DNA of 64,000 bases, taken from Malacoraja senta. Lineage: Eukaryota. The first letter of the stretch is position 1. Every line of letters starts with the position of its first letter. Below, one piece after another: positions 11,036-24,062 of this stretch. Below the pieces are notes generated by a model. It had not been told where the DNA came from. It searched no databases and saw nothing but the letters and a program-made list of their open reading frames with translations. The position numbers and the translations under genes are program-made. The DNA lies in assembly GCA_038087875.1 (NCBI GenBank), contig CM075990.1:8124001-8188000 (forward strand), given 5' to 3'.

Positions 11036-13159
11036 TGATTCAAAATTTCTAAATGCTGACTTTTTAAATTCAGCTTTCCTTCTTCTCTTTAAGCATCCTA
11101 TTCTCCGTGCTGTATCCTCCCCTCCATGATTGCCCAGTTTGCCAAATCAACATGGAAGAGGTGATCATACAACAGAGGGAGGGATCAGAGCCACAGCTGG
11201 CTCTCAATCTCTTACCATTTAAAAAGGCTCAAAGTGATCTTCCATTTGCAACAGTGAGTGGGACTGCTCCATTTAAATGACAGCCAACATTTAATGCTAA
11301 CAAAACTACAATGTTAAAAGCGTTAAAAAAAAAAATCTACAGTTCAATAACGCTGTAATAGCGTTTAAGTAAACAATTGACTTGCTTAATAACCCTGAGA
11401 AGCTGGCGCAACCAATTATGATAATGAATTAATAATATTACAACATTGCTGTAAATATAGGGCTCTAGGAGTCAAAATATAAATGTTCGGCAATATTGAA
11501 TTGATTATCGATCCAATCAAAGAATGTTTTCTAATCTGAGGGTCAGGGTTTTAACCTTCAAATCCTTATTGTATTCTTGAGCAATCCTTCTCTTTTTCAT
11601 CAGTTCTCACACCCAATGAGCTAAATAAAAAGCCCTAAGAAGGAGTCGCTGATACCCAGTTGTTCATCCAGTAAGGGGAGACTGGAAAACAAAGACTTTG
11701 TTTCACCATATGGTGCTCTCTTTGTTTTACCGAATGGTGCTCTCTCTCTGCGTAGGTGTGGGTCATCTCTCCAAATCAGCTCAGTTGGAAGCAACCAGGC
11801 CTTCCCAGATGACTGGTATCCACAGGAGATGCTGCATATTCACCAACTCTGATATCAGGGCAAGGATGCCAAAGGCAATGTCAGGAGAGGAAATGCACAA
11901 CAGACAAGAAATGGAATCAAATGTGTAAAAGTGCCAGATTAAATCCACCTTAATGCCATGCTCCAAATTGGTGCAAGCAAGATCTATTTCAGGTTTCTTT
12001 CCTCCGAGATATTTTCTCTGTGCTATGGTTTCTTTCAAGAGATGAGAGGGGTTGGGTGCAATTGCACAGAATAGACAGACAGAAACAGACTCTTTCCCCA
12101 ATTTGTGTAGGAAGGAACTGCAGATGCCGGTTTACACCGAAGATAGACACAAAATGCTGCCTGACCCACTGAGCCTTTCCTCAACTTGTTTGGGTAGATT
12201 TTTTATACCCTGCCGAATTTGCTCCATCTATCTCTCATCTCACGATTTGGGAGAGGTCTCATATATTTTCTCTTGTGTGATAATTTCCTTTTCAAAACAT
12301 CTCAAGTTTCAAGAGAATTAAGTTTAATTGTCCTGTGCACTGGAGCAATGGAAGTCTTGCTTGCTGCAACTTTACAGCACGTTATACGCAATAAATACGT
12401 GTATAATAAATAAGCTGTTATTCAGTAAAGGAGACACAATAACGCAAGCCAAATTATATAGTGCATTAAGTTTTGTTACCAAAAGGTTCAGAGGTGATAG
12501 GAGCAAAACTAGGCATCTGGCCCATCAAGTCTACGCTGCCATTCAATCATGGCTGATCTATCTTTCCCCCTCAAACCCATTCTCCTGCCTTTTCCTCGTA
12601 ACTCCTGACACCTTAGCAATAGAAAGTCCATGGTAGTGGTTAGAACCACTGCCCATAGCTATGATTATTATGATGTGGTGAGCAGAACCACACAGAGCAG
12701 TGTATCTGTGACCTGACCAAGGTCTAATTCAGGATTGAACAACTTCAATGCATTGTAATACTAACTGGTTGAAATAAATTCCATTTGCATTTGTATTGCT
12801 TTGATAACCTTTGATGCTACTTACAATAATTTGTTGACATGTAGCCTTGCAGATCTTTGCTCTTCTGTAGAATTCTGTTTCTTATTTAACACGTTTTTTC
12901 TATTTTCTTTTTTTAAACATCCCCGGGTTACAAATTTTCTGATCCCTCCTTGAAGTGGGTGAAGAATAAATTGTGAATGTACAGACCTGGGAGTTTTCAT
13001 CGTAGTTCAGCATGAACAGTTTATTCATCTCTTGCACTCCTCAACCATTGAATGTTGGTCAAGTGTATTCAGCTTCCAAATATATTTATCAATGGTTTCT
13101 GCCTTATTGTCTCTTACCCTCCCCCCTCCGATCCCACACAGTAATTATTTACAAAGGGT

Positions 13160-13500
13160 GAAATATAAAGTGCTGGTGTAACTGAGTGGGTCAGGCAGTA
13201 TCCCTGAAGTGTGTCGGGTTGGGACCCTTCGTCAGGCTGATTGTCTGAAGGTGGCAAAGCAAGAAAAGAGGGAGAAATGAGTGATAGGTGGATACAGGTG
13301 AGGGGAGTTTGACAGGTGGGTGACAAAATGCTGAAGAAAATAGACAAAAGAGTGAGCGATAAGGTGAGAAGAAGAGTAAAATGAAAAACCAGAGGAAGGG
13401 ATATTGGTGGAAGGGGACAGGCCCCCCCCCAGAGATGCTGCCTGATACATTGATGTTACTCCAGCACTTTGTATTTCACTCAAGATTGCAGCTTCTGAAA
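13160..13500. mobile_element. Diverged PLE-derived inverted element
   Basis: Arms aaagtgctggtgtaactgagtgggtcaggcag / gatgctgcctga...ttactccagcacttt. Minus-strand core remnant gggacccttcgtcag. Confidence 0.65.
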
Positions 13501-14983
13501 TTGTGTATGCCTCCATTGTTTATGAAGGGACTGGGTAAACTTGCAATTGAAGTTCCCTGTAACACAATTACAAACTAATTCTTTCTACATAGGTCTATAA
13601 ATATGTTTTCTGTAGCAGAGGTTTTTTTTCATGTTTCGTACATCATTGTTGAGTTATTTCTGTGTTTACTGGCTGTACGACTGTGAAATCTTCAAACATC
13701 GGTCGCTGGCATCGTGGATTGTTCAAGTCACTCATTAACAGAGAACCCATTGAAAGTGTATCTCTGCAGCCCACCACTCCATTATAATAAGCTTTTTCAT
13801 AGACAAACACTTATAGAGGGAGCTTGTTTCCCTTTGATATGTCTTTGCACTACAGTAGCCAGAGCTAGGACAATTTTTTTTTTCACCCCTCAAATCATCT
13901 TGCTCACAATGAGTTATTCAGACTTGGTATCTTGGTATTCAAGTCATTGCATGTTTTCTCAGATGGGATATCTCAGAGATTTGAAGTTTTGCCACTGCTT
14001 CAGGTAAGGATGCTTTAAAGCCCGGGTCAATAGTTCTGCCAGTGTCAGAATTAGCCTCGGGTCTCTCTCTTCAATCTATCCAGAAGGGGCTAAATTATAA
14101 ACCAACATTCATCAATGTACTTTTATAAAGAATGCTCCTCACAGAAAATTCTGTTCGATCATTAGAAATTTTCCTGATTTTAGAAAAATCTGTGGAACAA
14201 AGGAAATATTGATATGGTTTAGCCAACTGTGTCTTCTCCCATAGGTAACAAACAACCCAAAATTTACCTTGTATAAATAAATCTGTTTGAATATGTGAGC
14301 ACGGTGGTGTAGGCTTGCAAGGCTGCTGTCTATATTTTAAATTCTGCATTTGGAAAAAGGCCAATTTGGACGTTCTTTCTTCAGTAGATCCACTGAGAAC
14401 TGCTTTTTGAGAATTGATTAAACCTCAGGCATCTGCTTCTTTACCTTCTGCTGTTGATCAATAGGGGCGTTTGTGCTCCATGTTTCTCCCCTTCACGAGT
14501 GTGCTGACTCGTCTGCTTCATGGGGCTGTGTGTCAGTAACTCTTCAACACTTTGCCCATGAGAAGGTGGACCTGATGAGTGCTATTAAATTATTCAGCTG
14601 TAGACAGTGGGATAAGACATCCTTGCGTCCCTTTCCATCTTGTATTTTCTAACAAAGTACACTGAGTGTTACAGGTAAACTCCTCAATAATGGGCACATC
14701 CTCGTGTCAGCATTGGTTTTACTGTTTGAGATCAATTTCCCCAAGTGAAACTTGTCAATGTACCCCTTACTCCAGCAGGAGGTGAGAGGTAGCTCTGTGG
14801 CCCACCAACAACTCTCACCACCACTGCCACCACCAGCCACTATCAACCTTCGCTAACCACCAAATATTACCATTACCAGCAACTCTCACCACCAACAAGT
14901 CCAACCACCAACAATCTCTCACCACCACTACTTCCAACAGCTCTTGCCACTAAGAACCCTCACCAACCGCCAGATATTACCAC

Positions 14984-15437
14984 CAAGATTCAAGATTCAA
15001 GAGAGTTTATTGTCATGTGTCCCTGATAGGTCAATTAAATTCTTGCTTTGCTTCAGCGCAACAGAACATACTAGGCATTGACAACAAAACAGATCAGTGT
15101 GTCCATATACCATTATATAAATATATACACACATGAACTGATAAAGTGCAAATAACAGATAATGGGCTATTAATGTTCAGAGTTTTGTCCGAGCCAAGTT
15201 TAATAGCCTGATGGCTGTGGGGAAGTAGCTATTCCTGAATCTGGTTGTTGCAGTCTTCAGGCTCCTGTACCTTCTATCTGAAGGTAGCAGGGAGATGAGT
15301 GTGTGGCCAGGATGGTGTGGGTCCTTGATGATTCTGGCAGCCTTTTTGAGGCAGCGACTGCGATAGATCCCCTCGATGGAAGGGAGGTCAGAGCCGATGA
15401 TGGACTGGACAGTGTTTACTACTTTTTGTAGTCTTTT
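14984..15437 (-). mobile_element. Rex1/Babar LINE 3' end
   Basis: Minus-strand peptide RKRLQKVVNTVQSIIG...DPHHPGHTLISLLPSDRRYRSLKTATTRFRNSYFPTAIRLLN, followed by 3' UTR and (TTGAATC)n tail. Confidence 0.88.
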
Positions 15438-15554
15438 CCTCCACCAACTCTCACCACGATTATCACCTACAATAGCGCTCACCACCAAACGGTAACAACC
15501 CCCACCCCCAACACCTACCAACCCCATCAACAACCAAATATTATCATATGACTC

Positions 15555-15686
15555 AGTTTGAAGAAGGGTCTCGAACTGAAACACCTCCCATTCCTTCTAT
15601 CTAGAGATGCTGCCTGTCCGGTTGAGTTACTCCAGCATTTTGTGTCTATCTTCGGTGTAAACCGGCATCTTTAGTTCCTTCCCACA
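15555..15686 (+). mobile_element. PLE pLTR fragment (single arm)
   Basis: Degenerate core tgaagaagggtctcgaactgaaac followed by the arm ending gttccttcccac. Confidence 0.75.
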
Positions 15687-16466
15687 TATTACCATTACCA
15701 ACTCCCACCACCAGCCCCCACCAAACATCACCATTACCAATCCTTGCCACCAACCACCAAACTGCATCACCACCAACTACCCAAATATCACCACTGCCCT
15801 CACTACCAACCTCCCCTCACCACCATTCACCACCAATCCCAAACTCACCAAATACCTTCAACACCAAGACCCTCTTCATCAACCCCCACCGCCAACCCTA
15901 AACAACTACCACCAACCAGTGGCATTCATTACCAGCCACCATCAATCTGGAACCAATCCACGTCGACTCAACAGTAACCACCAATGTTCAACATCAACTA
16001 CCAACGTCATCAAACACATCCAATGGACCTGTGTAAATCTGAATGAATTGCAATTCCGAGCTTCACTGACTTGACTAACAAAACACAATTATAATGACCA
16101 CCTATTGTGGCTTTCCACTCCACTGGTTGAGTCTGGTGAACAGATGTAACCGTGATTTAAATCCACAATTCCCTGATCATATGAAGAGTAGAAGGACAAA
16201 AGACGCTTAGGGGGGCTGATCAAAATGTTTTTCAGATGTTTAAACCAAAATTCTTAATCTTTGCCTGGGGGTGTCATGGAGCCACAGAGCACCAACAGGC
16301 CCTAAACCCATCTCGTCTATGCTGCTGAATGTGTCCCATATAAATTGGTCCCATTTGTCCCATATCCCTCTAAACCTTTCTTATCCGTGTACCATGGGTG
16401 TCATTGAAGTGTTTTACTCGTTTCACCAGTCCTTGCTCTTTCACTAAGTTGGGTATATACATTGTC

Positions 16467-16663
16467 TGTAGGAAGGAACTGCAGATGCTGGATTACACCA
16501 AAGGCAGACTCAAAATGCTAGAGTAACTCAGCGGGCCAGGCAGCATCTCTGGATAGAAGGAATGGGTGGCGTTTCGGGCTGTCTTGACCCAAAACGTCAC
16601 CCATTCCTTCTCTCCAGAGATGTTGCATGTCCCGCTGAGTTACTCCAGCATTTTATGTCTATC
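16467..16663. mobile_element. PLE-derived foldback element
   Basis: Long left arm and short right arm meeting in a fused hammerhead stem II; tacattgt repeated on both flanks. Confidence 0.82.
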
Positions 16664-17038
16664 TTGGTTGTGTACATTGTTTGAGTAGTCAGGTGATAAG
16701 CCTGTGCACACCTTGTCTGCACAGTTCATGTTGGATGAGCAATGTGTCAAAGCTGGAGTTGTCATCAGAGGCAACATTGACATTGGTGAAATGAGTCTTA
16801 GATTTTGTATCGAGGATCTGTTTATTAATGCATTATTTTACGACAGGACTGTTTTCACAGCGTAGATTTTTCGCACACAGGATGGTGTCTATCTGGAACA
16901 AGCTGTGGGATGAAGTTTAGAAGCAGGTCCCATTGCAATGTTTAAGGACTTCTGGACAGGTCTTTGAGTGAAAAGCAATGTTGGAATGTGGATCAAATGC
17001 GGGCAAATGGGATTAACACAAATCAGTGTCAGAGTGGA

Positions 17039-17988
17039 CATAGAAACATAGAAACATAGAAAATAGGTGCAGGAGTAGGCCCTTCGGCCCTTCGAGCCTG
17101 CACTGCCATTCAATATGATCATGGCTGATCATCCAACTCAGTATCCTGTACCTGCCTTCTCTCCATACCCCCTGATCCCTTTAGCCACAAGGGCCACATC
17201 TAACTCCATCTTAAATATAGCCAATGAACTGGCCTCAACTACTTTGTGGCAGAGAATTCCACAGATTCACCACTCTCTGTGTGAGAAAAAAAAATCTCAT
17301 CTCAGTCCTAAAAGACTTCCCCCTTATCCTTAAACTGTGACCCCTTGTTCTGGACTTCCCCAACATCGGGAACAATCTTCCTGCATCTAGCCTGTCCAAC
17401 CCTTTAAAATGTTTGTAAGTTTCTATACGATCCCCCCTCAATCTTCTAAATTCTAGCGAGTACAACTGAGTCTATCCAGTCTTTCTTCATATGAAAGTCC
17501 TGCCATCCCAGGAATCAGTCTAGTGAACCTATTCTGTACTCCCTCTATGGCAAGAATGTCTTTCCTCAGATTAGGAGACCAAAACTGTACGCAATACTCC
17601 AGGTGTGGTCTCACCAAGGCCCTGTACAACTGCAGTAGAACCTCCCTGCTCCTATACTCAAATCCTTTTGCTATGAATGCTAACATACCATTCGCTTTCT
17701 TCACTGCCTGCTGCACCTGCATGCCCACTTTCAATGACTGGTGTACCATGACAGCCAGGTCTCATTGCATCTCCCCTTTTCCTAATCGGCCACCATTCAG
17801 ATAATAGTCTACTTTCTTGTTCTTGCCACCAAAGTGGATAACCTCACATTTATCCACATTATACTGCATCTGCCATGCATTTGCCCACTCACCCAAACTA
17901 TCCAAGTCACCTTGCAGCCTCCTAGCATCCTCCTCACAGCTAACACTGCCCCCCAGCTTCGTGTCATCCGCAAACTTGGAGATGTTGC
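17039..17988 (-). mobile_element. CR1/HER1 LINE, 5'-truncated (RT C-terminus plus 3' UTR)
   Basis: Frameshifted peptides ISKFADDTKLGG, LYRALVRPHLEYCVQFWSP, FFLTQRVVNLWNSLP; (CATAGAAA)n tail at 17039-17062. Confidence 0.93.
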
Positions 17989-18879
17989 GGAAATTGTGGG
18001 TTCGAATTTTTTGTTGTTGCACATTTTAAAAAGTATAATTTGGTAATCTCTGTTGAATTTGAATGAATAGTCATGAACAACTGCAATTTTCATATGAAGT
18101 AAGGGGTAAAATGTGAGGCTAAGTCAGGCATTATTATAAATTCACAGTCCTTCCTTATTCTTATATTTCATTTTAAAATTATATAATTTAACATAAAAAA
18201 CGGACTATTTGTGAAACAGAAGGTAAGCTGCAAGAGGCAGTTTTCTTTTCAGTATGGAGCTGGAGGACATAACACTAAAATGTTACTGTAATACAGAGAA
18301 TGCCTTCATTACAATGCACTGCATAGATGAGCAGCTCCCATTATAAATGTGGATGCAAGATTTCACGTTGTCATCTTGGCACAAAAGCGATTATAATCAC
18401 CATGGGAGGAAAGAATTCAAGGTTGTGTGTATATGAATACAATATAGTCGTATGGTAAATGTGAAAATATGGACGTATCATGGGAAGAGAATAAGAATAT
18501 ATGTTAAAATACAGCTGTCGTCAATATGTGGTTTCCTTATAAGGAGGTTTGCCTTACAATACAAGCTGGAATTCAAGGTGGGAGACGTTAATGTGAGTTT
18601 AATTTCTGTTTGGTAATGGAAGGTGAAGGAAAATTCACACTGTTGGATCTTACTTTTCTACTTCTGATGCTTTGTATTTTAATTTCTCAAATAACAGAGG
18701 CTTTGAAGCTCTCAGATGAAGAGATAGATGTAGAGAATCAGTGAAAGTGCTGGATATGTTGTGGGAGAACAGATTAAAAGAAAACAGTGGGTATCTGAAA
18801 GAAAAGTAGAAGATGATGTAATAAATAAAAATTAAATAAAAAGATTTTTAAAACAAATAGAAAAAAATATACTACAGAG

Positions 18880-19046
18880 GTTGTAAATCTGAAATTAAAA
18901 AAATTAAAAAATTCTGGAAACACTCAGAAGGTTTAGCAGCATCAAGTTCTGATGAAAGAGCACAGAATTGAAGCTTATATTGCTTCTCTTTCCACAGATG
19001 CTGCCCTGCATGCTGAGTGTTTCCAGCATTTTCTGTTTTCATTTCA
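18880..19046. mobile_element. Older PLE-derived foldback subfamily (CUGAUGA core)
   Basis: Arms ctggaaacactcag...gcagcatc / gatgctgc...ctgagtgtttccag around ctgatgaaag...gaa. Confidence 0.6.
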
Positions 19047-19217
19047 AACAATTTTAACCTGTTGCTGACGTTTTGAAGAAGAAAAAATCTTGCAAATGTT
19101 TTGGGTTAAAAAAAGACATTTGTTAAATTAGTACCAAAAAATGTTAACGTGACAGGAAACGGGAAACTCGTGTGCAGCTATTCACAATTAAAACTGACCT
19201 GTTGCCTGAGGTTTAAT

Positions 19218-19337
19218 GTTTAAGAAAGAACTGCAGATGCTGGAAAAATCGAAGGTAGACAAAAAATGCTGGAGAAACTCAGCGGGTAAGGCTGCATCTA
19301 TGGAGAGAAGGAATAGGCGATGTTTCGGGTGGAGACA
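19218..19337 (-). mobile_element. PLE pLTR fragment
   Basis: aagaactgcagatgctgg...ctggagaaactcagcggg...gatgtttcgggt. Confidence 0.75.
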
Positions 19338-20120
19338 ACAGAACAACAGAGGAGGATGACTGAACTTTGGTGCCTTCCCTCACAGTGGGAAACTTTGATT
19401 CCACTGTGTGGGGATGTCTATGTTAAAGACTATCGTGTTCTGTGCTCTTTTTTTATTCGTATGGCTGTATGGTGACCACAAATGTCACTGGACCAATCGG
19501 TACATGTGACAATGAATGTCTCTTGTCTCTCTCTTGTCTCTTCATTGTTTCCCTGTTGCCTGTGGTGCCTGTTTTTGGTTTGGCAATTAAAAAGTACAAT
19601 TAAAATTGCTGATTTAAAGATAAAAAAAGAAGTAAACGCCAGCAGAGTTCCATGAATGTGATTGGATTTAATGTGTGTTGAAAGCAATGTTAAGACCACT
19701 TTGCTGTCATTCACAGATGAGTCTTTGTGTGGGAGAAGAATATTAGCAGCAATTTAATTGTAGAGCAGGAATTCTGTAATTGTGTGCTACATTGTATTTC
19801 CCAACTAAATTAACTTGTGCTTTGATGAACTGGGTTTCTAAATGTAGCAATTTGTGTAGCAATCAATAGTCTTTTTATTGGAACAATAGAGATAACAAGA
19901 AGAGATCCTGAATTTGTAAATGAGGGACATTGCATGGAATGGTAATTATTTAGCGGCTAAATTGAAACCCAACAACTTTGCTTTCAAGTATGGAGAGTCG
20001 GTTAATAATATGTTCCTCTGCTGAAGCAGAATATCAATAGAATTAATTGTACAGTTGTGCTGGGGGAGATTCCTATTGTTGACATAATGGGGAAGATTCA
20101 GTTTTGAAAGAGGTTCAAGG

Positions 20121-20250
20121 CAGTCTGGAGTAGGGCCCTGACCCGAAATATCTCCTATCCATGTTGACCAGAGATGTTGCATGACCTGCTGAGTTACCCC
20201 AGCACTCTGTGTGTCTTTTATTAAACGAGCATCTGCAGTTCCTTGTTTCA
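20121..20250 (+). mobile_element. PLE pLTR fragment
   Basis: Degenerate core gtctggagtagggccctgacccgaaatatc plus arm ending gcatctgcagttcctt. Confidence 0.7.
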
Positions 20251-20930
20251 AGGTTCAGTTTTGGCTTGGAGCTGGCTTTCTTACCCTCGATCTGAGGAGG
20301 TTGTGAGTCGAGACTTCAGGCAGGGATGAGTTGCTGTGGTTTACTCACTTGGTAGCTGGACTTTCTGATGGGCTACTGATGGGGTAATATTATTTCCATT
20401 GGTCTTTGAATCATCATCAAGGTTCTTCCATTCAAGATTATGACATGAGGCCTATAGCCAGGGTAGATTACTGTGTTTTCACACAAAACATTATTAGAAA
20501 ATGTTATACAATACCCAGAACATTTATTGACGTCAAGTCAATCTCACCATTTAAAGGGATGAGGAAGGGAGATGGGTGGTTATATTAACCCATGACTTGT
20601 GCAGGCACTGGCTTTCGGGTGGGATATTTAATGAAGGCCCTGTCTAACTGACCTGCTGAGTTGCTCCAGCACTCTGAGACTTTTTATTTGTAAACCGGCA
20701 TCTGCAGTTCCTTGTGTCGCTCTCTCTACCCTCATGGGTGGATGTAAAAGATTTCATGACGATGCTTGAAGAAGTTCAGAGTATGTTTGGCTGATACTTA
20801 TCCTTCAAAAGAGCTCTAGAAACAAGCTTCCTCCTGCCATCATTATGAAGTTCATCCATGTGCATCAGCTTAGACTCAGTATATATTCCACTAGCAAACC
20901 TCATACTGCTTCTCATCAGCATTCCTGTAG

Positions 20931-21095
20931 AACCGTAGAAACATAGAAAGTAGGTGCAGGAGTAGGCCATTCGACCCTTTGAGCCAGCATCGCCATTCAA
21001 TATGATCGACTAATCATCTAAAATCAGTACCCGTTTCTGCTTTCTCCCCATATCCTTTGATTCCATTAGCCTCAAGAGCTAAATCAAACTCTCTT
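20931..21095 (-). mobile_element. CR1/HER1 LINE 3' end
   Basis: tagaaacatagaaagtaggtgcaggagtaggccattcg, as at 17039 and 59349. Confidence 0.75.
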
Positions 21096-21291
21096 TTGAA
21101 TACATTTCAACCTTGTCCCCTGCCCCTTCCTTATGTATAATTATTTAGTATAAGCACACAACGTTTGGGGATGTTTTTCTATTCCAATTATACTTTAATT
21201 CCTAATATATAAATTAAATTGCAGTATTTGTAACCAATATTTTCAACATCCTTCAGCACCTGGGTTATTTTTGGGGGTTGGGGGAAAGGAA

Positions 21292-21890
21292 AGATACAAA
21301 GTGCTGGTGGCGTAACTCATCAGGTCAGGCAGCATCTCTGGAGAACATGAATAGGTGACAGGCACATAGAGCTGGAATAACTCAGCGGGTCAGGCAGCAT
21401 CTCTGGAGAACATGAATAGGTGTCAGGCACATAGAGCTGGAATAACTCAGCGGGTCAGGCTGCATCTCTGGAGAAAAGGAATAGGTGACGTTTTTGGGTT
21501 GAGACACTTCAGATTCAGAGTCGGGGGAAAGAGAGATATCGACGGTACTGAGGACAAATTAATGGAAGAAAGCAACGATCATCAAGGACCTCTGGAGCCC
21601 ACAATGGTCCATTGTTGGCTGTGGGATAGGTGTTAATAAGTTATACAGACAGTGGTGGGCTCCACATTTCCTTGATTATTGTTACTTTTTGCATATCTTC
21701 CATTCATTTATCCTCAGTACCGTCTATATTTCTCGTTTCCCTCTCCCCTGACTCTCAGTCTGAAGAAGGGTTTCAACCCGAAACGTCACCCATTCCTTTT
21801 CTCCAGAGATGCTGCCTGTCCCGTTGAGTTGCTCCAGCATTTTGTGTCTCCCTTCAGTTTAAACCAGCATTTGCAGTTCCTCCCTACACA
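21292..21890. mobile_element. Long PLE-derived inverted element with internal tandem repeats
   Basis: Left arm with about three 65-bp tandem units. Intact plus-strand core ctgaagaagggtttcaacccgaaacgtc at 21760-21787. Confidence 0.82.
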
Positions 21891-22835
21891 TGAGTAGGTG
21901 ACGTTTTCCATCGGGACCCTTATTATTTGTGGGATCTCATTTGTAACTGAGTGGGTGCAAAGAACTTTGTTCTTGTTAGGATTTTCTTCCCTTGGGGTGA
22001 ATCAAAAAGGATAGGTAATTAAATATTTGATGACCATATGCTTAATAAGCAGAAAGGGGGCAAGCTCTTTATAATGAATCCTACTGTAATCAACTGAATA
22101 ATCCTATATTTGAAACAACTTGCCCAGCTGACATTCGCCCTTTATGTTCATCTTTGCACATTCTCTTTGATATTAAAATTTCTGGACACAATCAAGATTT
22201 TGGAAAATACTTTGCAGAGCAACGAGTGAAATCCAATCAAGATTATTACAGGTTTATGGACAGGGTAGATTAAAGTGTTTTCACACAAAACATTATTAGA
22301 AAATAAGATACATAATCCTGAACATTGATTGATGTCGTCAATTTAAAAGAGATTTAAATGAATGAGTTTCAATGGAAAGGACATTGGGTAAACCATTAAG
22401 ACAATTGGTCCAGATTAGACTCAATCTCAATCCAGAATTTATTTACCACTATGTTAAAACTCAATCAAACTGCCTCCTACATCTCTCTTCATGTGTTCCA
22501 TTAGCAAACGAACTATTATGCTTACATTCCAGGTTATAAATTGAGTTTGCACCCAATACTTGCTCTGGGAGTTAATTCTGTCACCCTTTGCTTGATGAAT
22601 GGTTTTCGATCTACTTTCATGAATGGGTGTTGGTTGATTATTGATGTAAAATTGTATGTTCTTGCTCTCGATGATCCTTCACAGAAAATATTCTCTCAAA
22701 GTATCCTATCAATTCTTCATCAAATCTTAAAACTTTGATCAAAGTCACACTTACATTTTTCAGTGTTCCTAGTAATGCATGATTTAAGTACTCTCCTCTG
22801 ATTTTGTTTTCTTTGGTAGCCGCTTGGGATTCGGC

Positions 22836-23092
22836 TTTACTTTAGACTTGAGAGATAAAGCACGGAAACAAGCCCTTTGACACACCGAGTCTGCGCTGAC
22901 CAACTATCTCCTCGTACACTAACCGAAAGACAATTTTAATACTTGCTGAAGCCAATTAACCTACAAACCTGCACGTCTTTGGAATGTGGGAGGAAACCTG
23001 AGCACCCGGAGAAAACCCACGCAGGTCATGGGGAGAACGTACAAACTCCGCACAGACAGCACCCGAGGTCAGGGTCAGACCCGGGTCTCTGG
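22836..23092 (-). mobile_element. tRNA-derived V-SINE (HE1-like)
   Basis: Reverse complement of the SINE body and V-domain. Confidence 0.82.
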
Positions 23093-23751
23093 CCTTTAAC
23101 ATAGTCAAAGGCTTTAAGATTAAAAAAAAGACCATATATAGTGAAGAGGACATCAGCAGGTCCATTACCACCACAGCTCCTCCACTAACTTGACTTTCCC
23201 TGTGCCAGCGAGCAGGAAGATTCCTCCATCATTACCACAATTGCATTTGTCCACTTACTTTAAGATAGTCCTGATTGAGGCATCTATAGGATCCCGGTTC
23301 TGGGAGATGAAGTTGTAGACGCGTGACTGTAGTTCCTATTGGCCACATTATAGGACTGCGACATGGATAATGTCTGCTCCCATCACCTTGGTGCTTACCA
23401 TTTATCACGTGGCCTTTCAAATCCCTGCTTGTCAGTGGCTGTGTGGACCGGATAATTGGCGGTGAGGAGTTTTAGCCATAGATAGTCTTGACAGCACCCG
23501 TGTAATGTTCTGATGAATCTGTGGTGCAATCTGCCCTTTACGAGAATTTTCTAGTAACTTTTGAACTAATTACCGTTTATTCTTATGATCTGTGGACATG
23601 GGTCCTTGAGTTTTTGTGGTCCTTCATGTTCTGAGACTTATTATTATTTAAATATTACTTCGTCCCCTTTCAAAAGTTGAGGTTCTCACATGTACTTCAT
23701 GTGGAATCCCTTTGTAGCAATGTTTTCTCATTCACTTAATACATTCATTTA

Positions 23752-24062
23752 ACACAGTTGGTGCAATGGGAGAATTGTTGCCTTCCAGCTCCCGAGACCT
23801 GGGTTTGATCCTCACTATGGATGCTGTCTGTATGGACATTTTTACATTCTCCCCATGACTGCGTTGGTTTTCCCAGGGCGCTCCAGTTTCCTCCCACTCT
23901 CCAAAGATGTACAGGTTTGTAGGTTAATTAGCTTCAGTAAAGATTGTAAATTGTTCCTAGTGTGTAGCATTGTGCTTGTGAATGGGCATCGCTGGTCGGT
24001 TTGGACTTGGTGGGACGAAGGGCTTGTTTCCATGCTGTATCACTAAACTAAACTAAACTAAA
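23752..24062 (+). mobile_element. tRNA-derived V-SINE (HE1-like)
   Basis: gggtttgatcc B-box-like motif, V-domain, (CTAAA)n tail. Confidence 0.85.

Larger units (their letters stand above)
14803..16010. repeat. CAC/CAA-rich low-complexity tract interrupted by Rex1 and PLE insertions
   Basis: Degenerate ccacca/caacca units at 14803-14983, 15440-15540 and 15690-16010. Confidence 0.75.

Noticed and set aside
11756..11928. Possible terminal exon after a pyrimidine tract and AG
   Set aside because: No recognisable protein in any frame and no supporting exons.
13963..14003. Possible 41-nt exon (ctcag|...cag|gtaag)
   Set aside because: Splice-like motifs only; no recognisable peptide or partner exons, and such matches are expected by chance in 64 kb.
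15744..15977. Pro/His/Thr-rich ORF resembling a mucin
   Set aside because: Low-complexity CAC tract broken by TE insertions, with no consistent frame.
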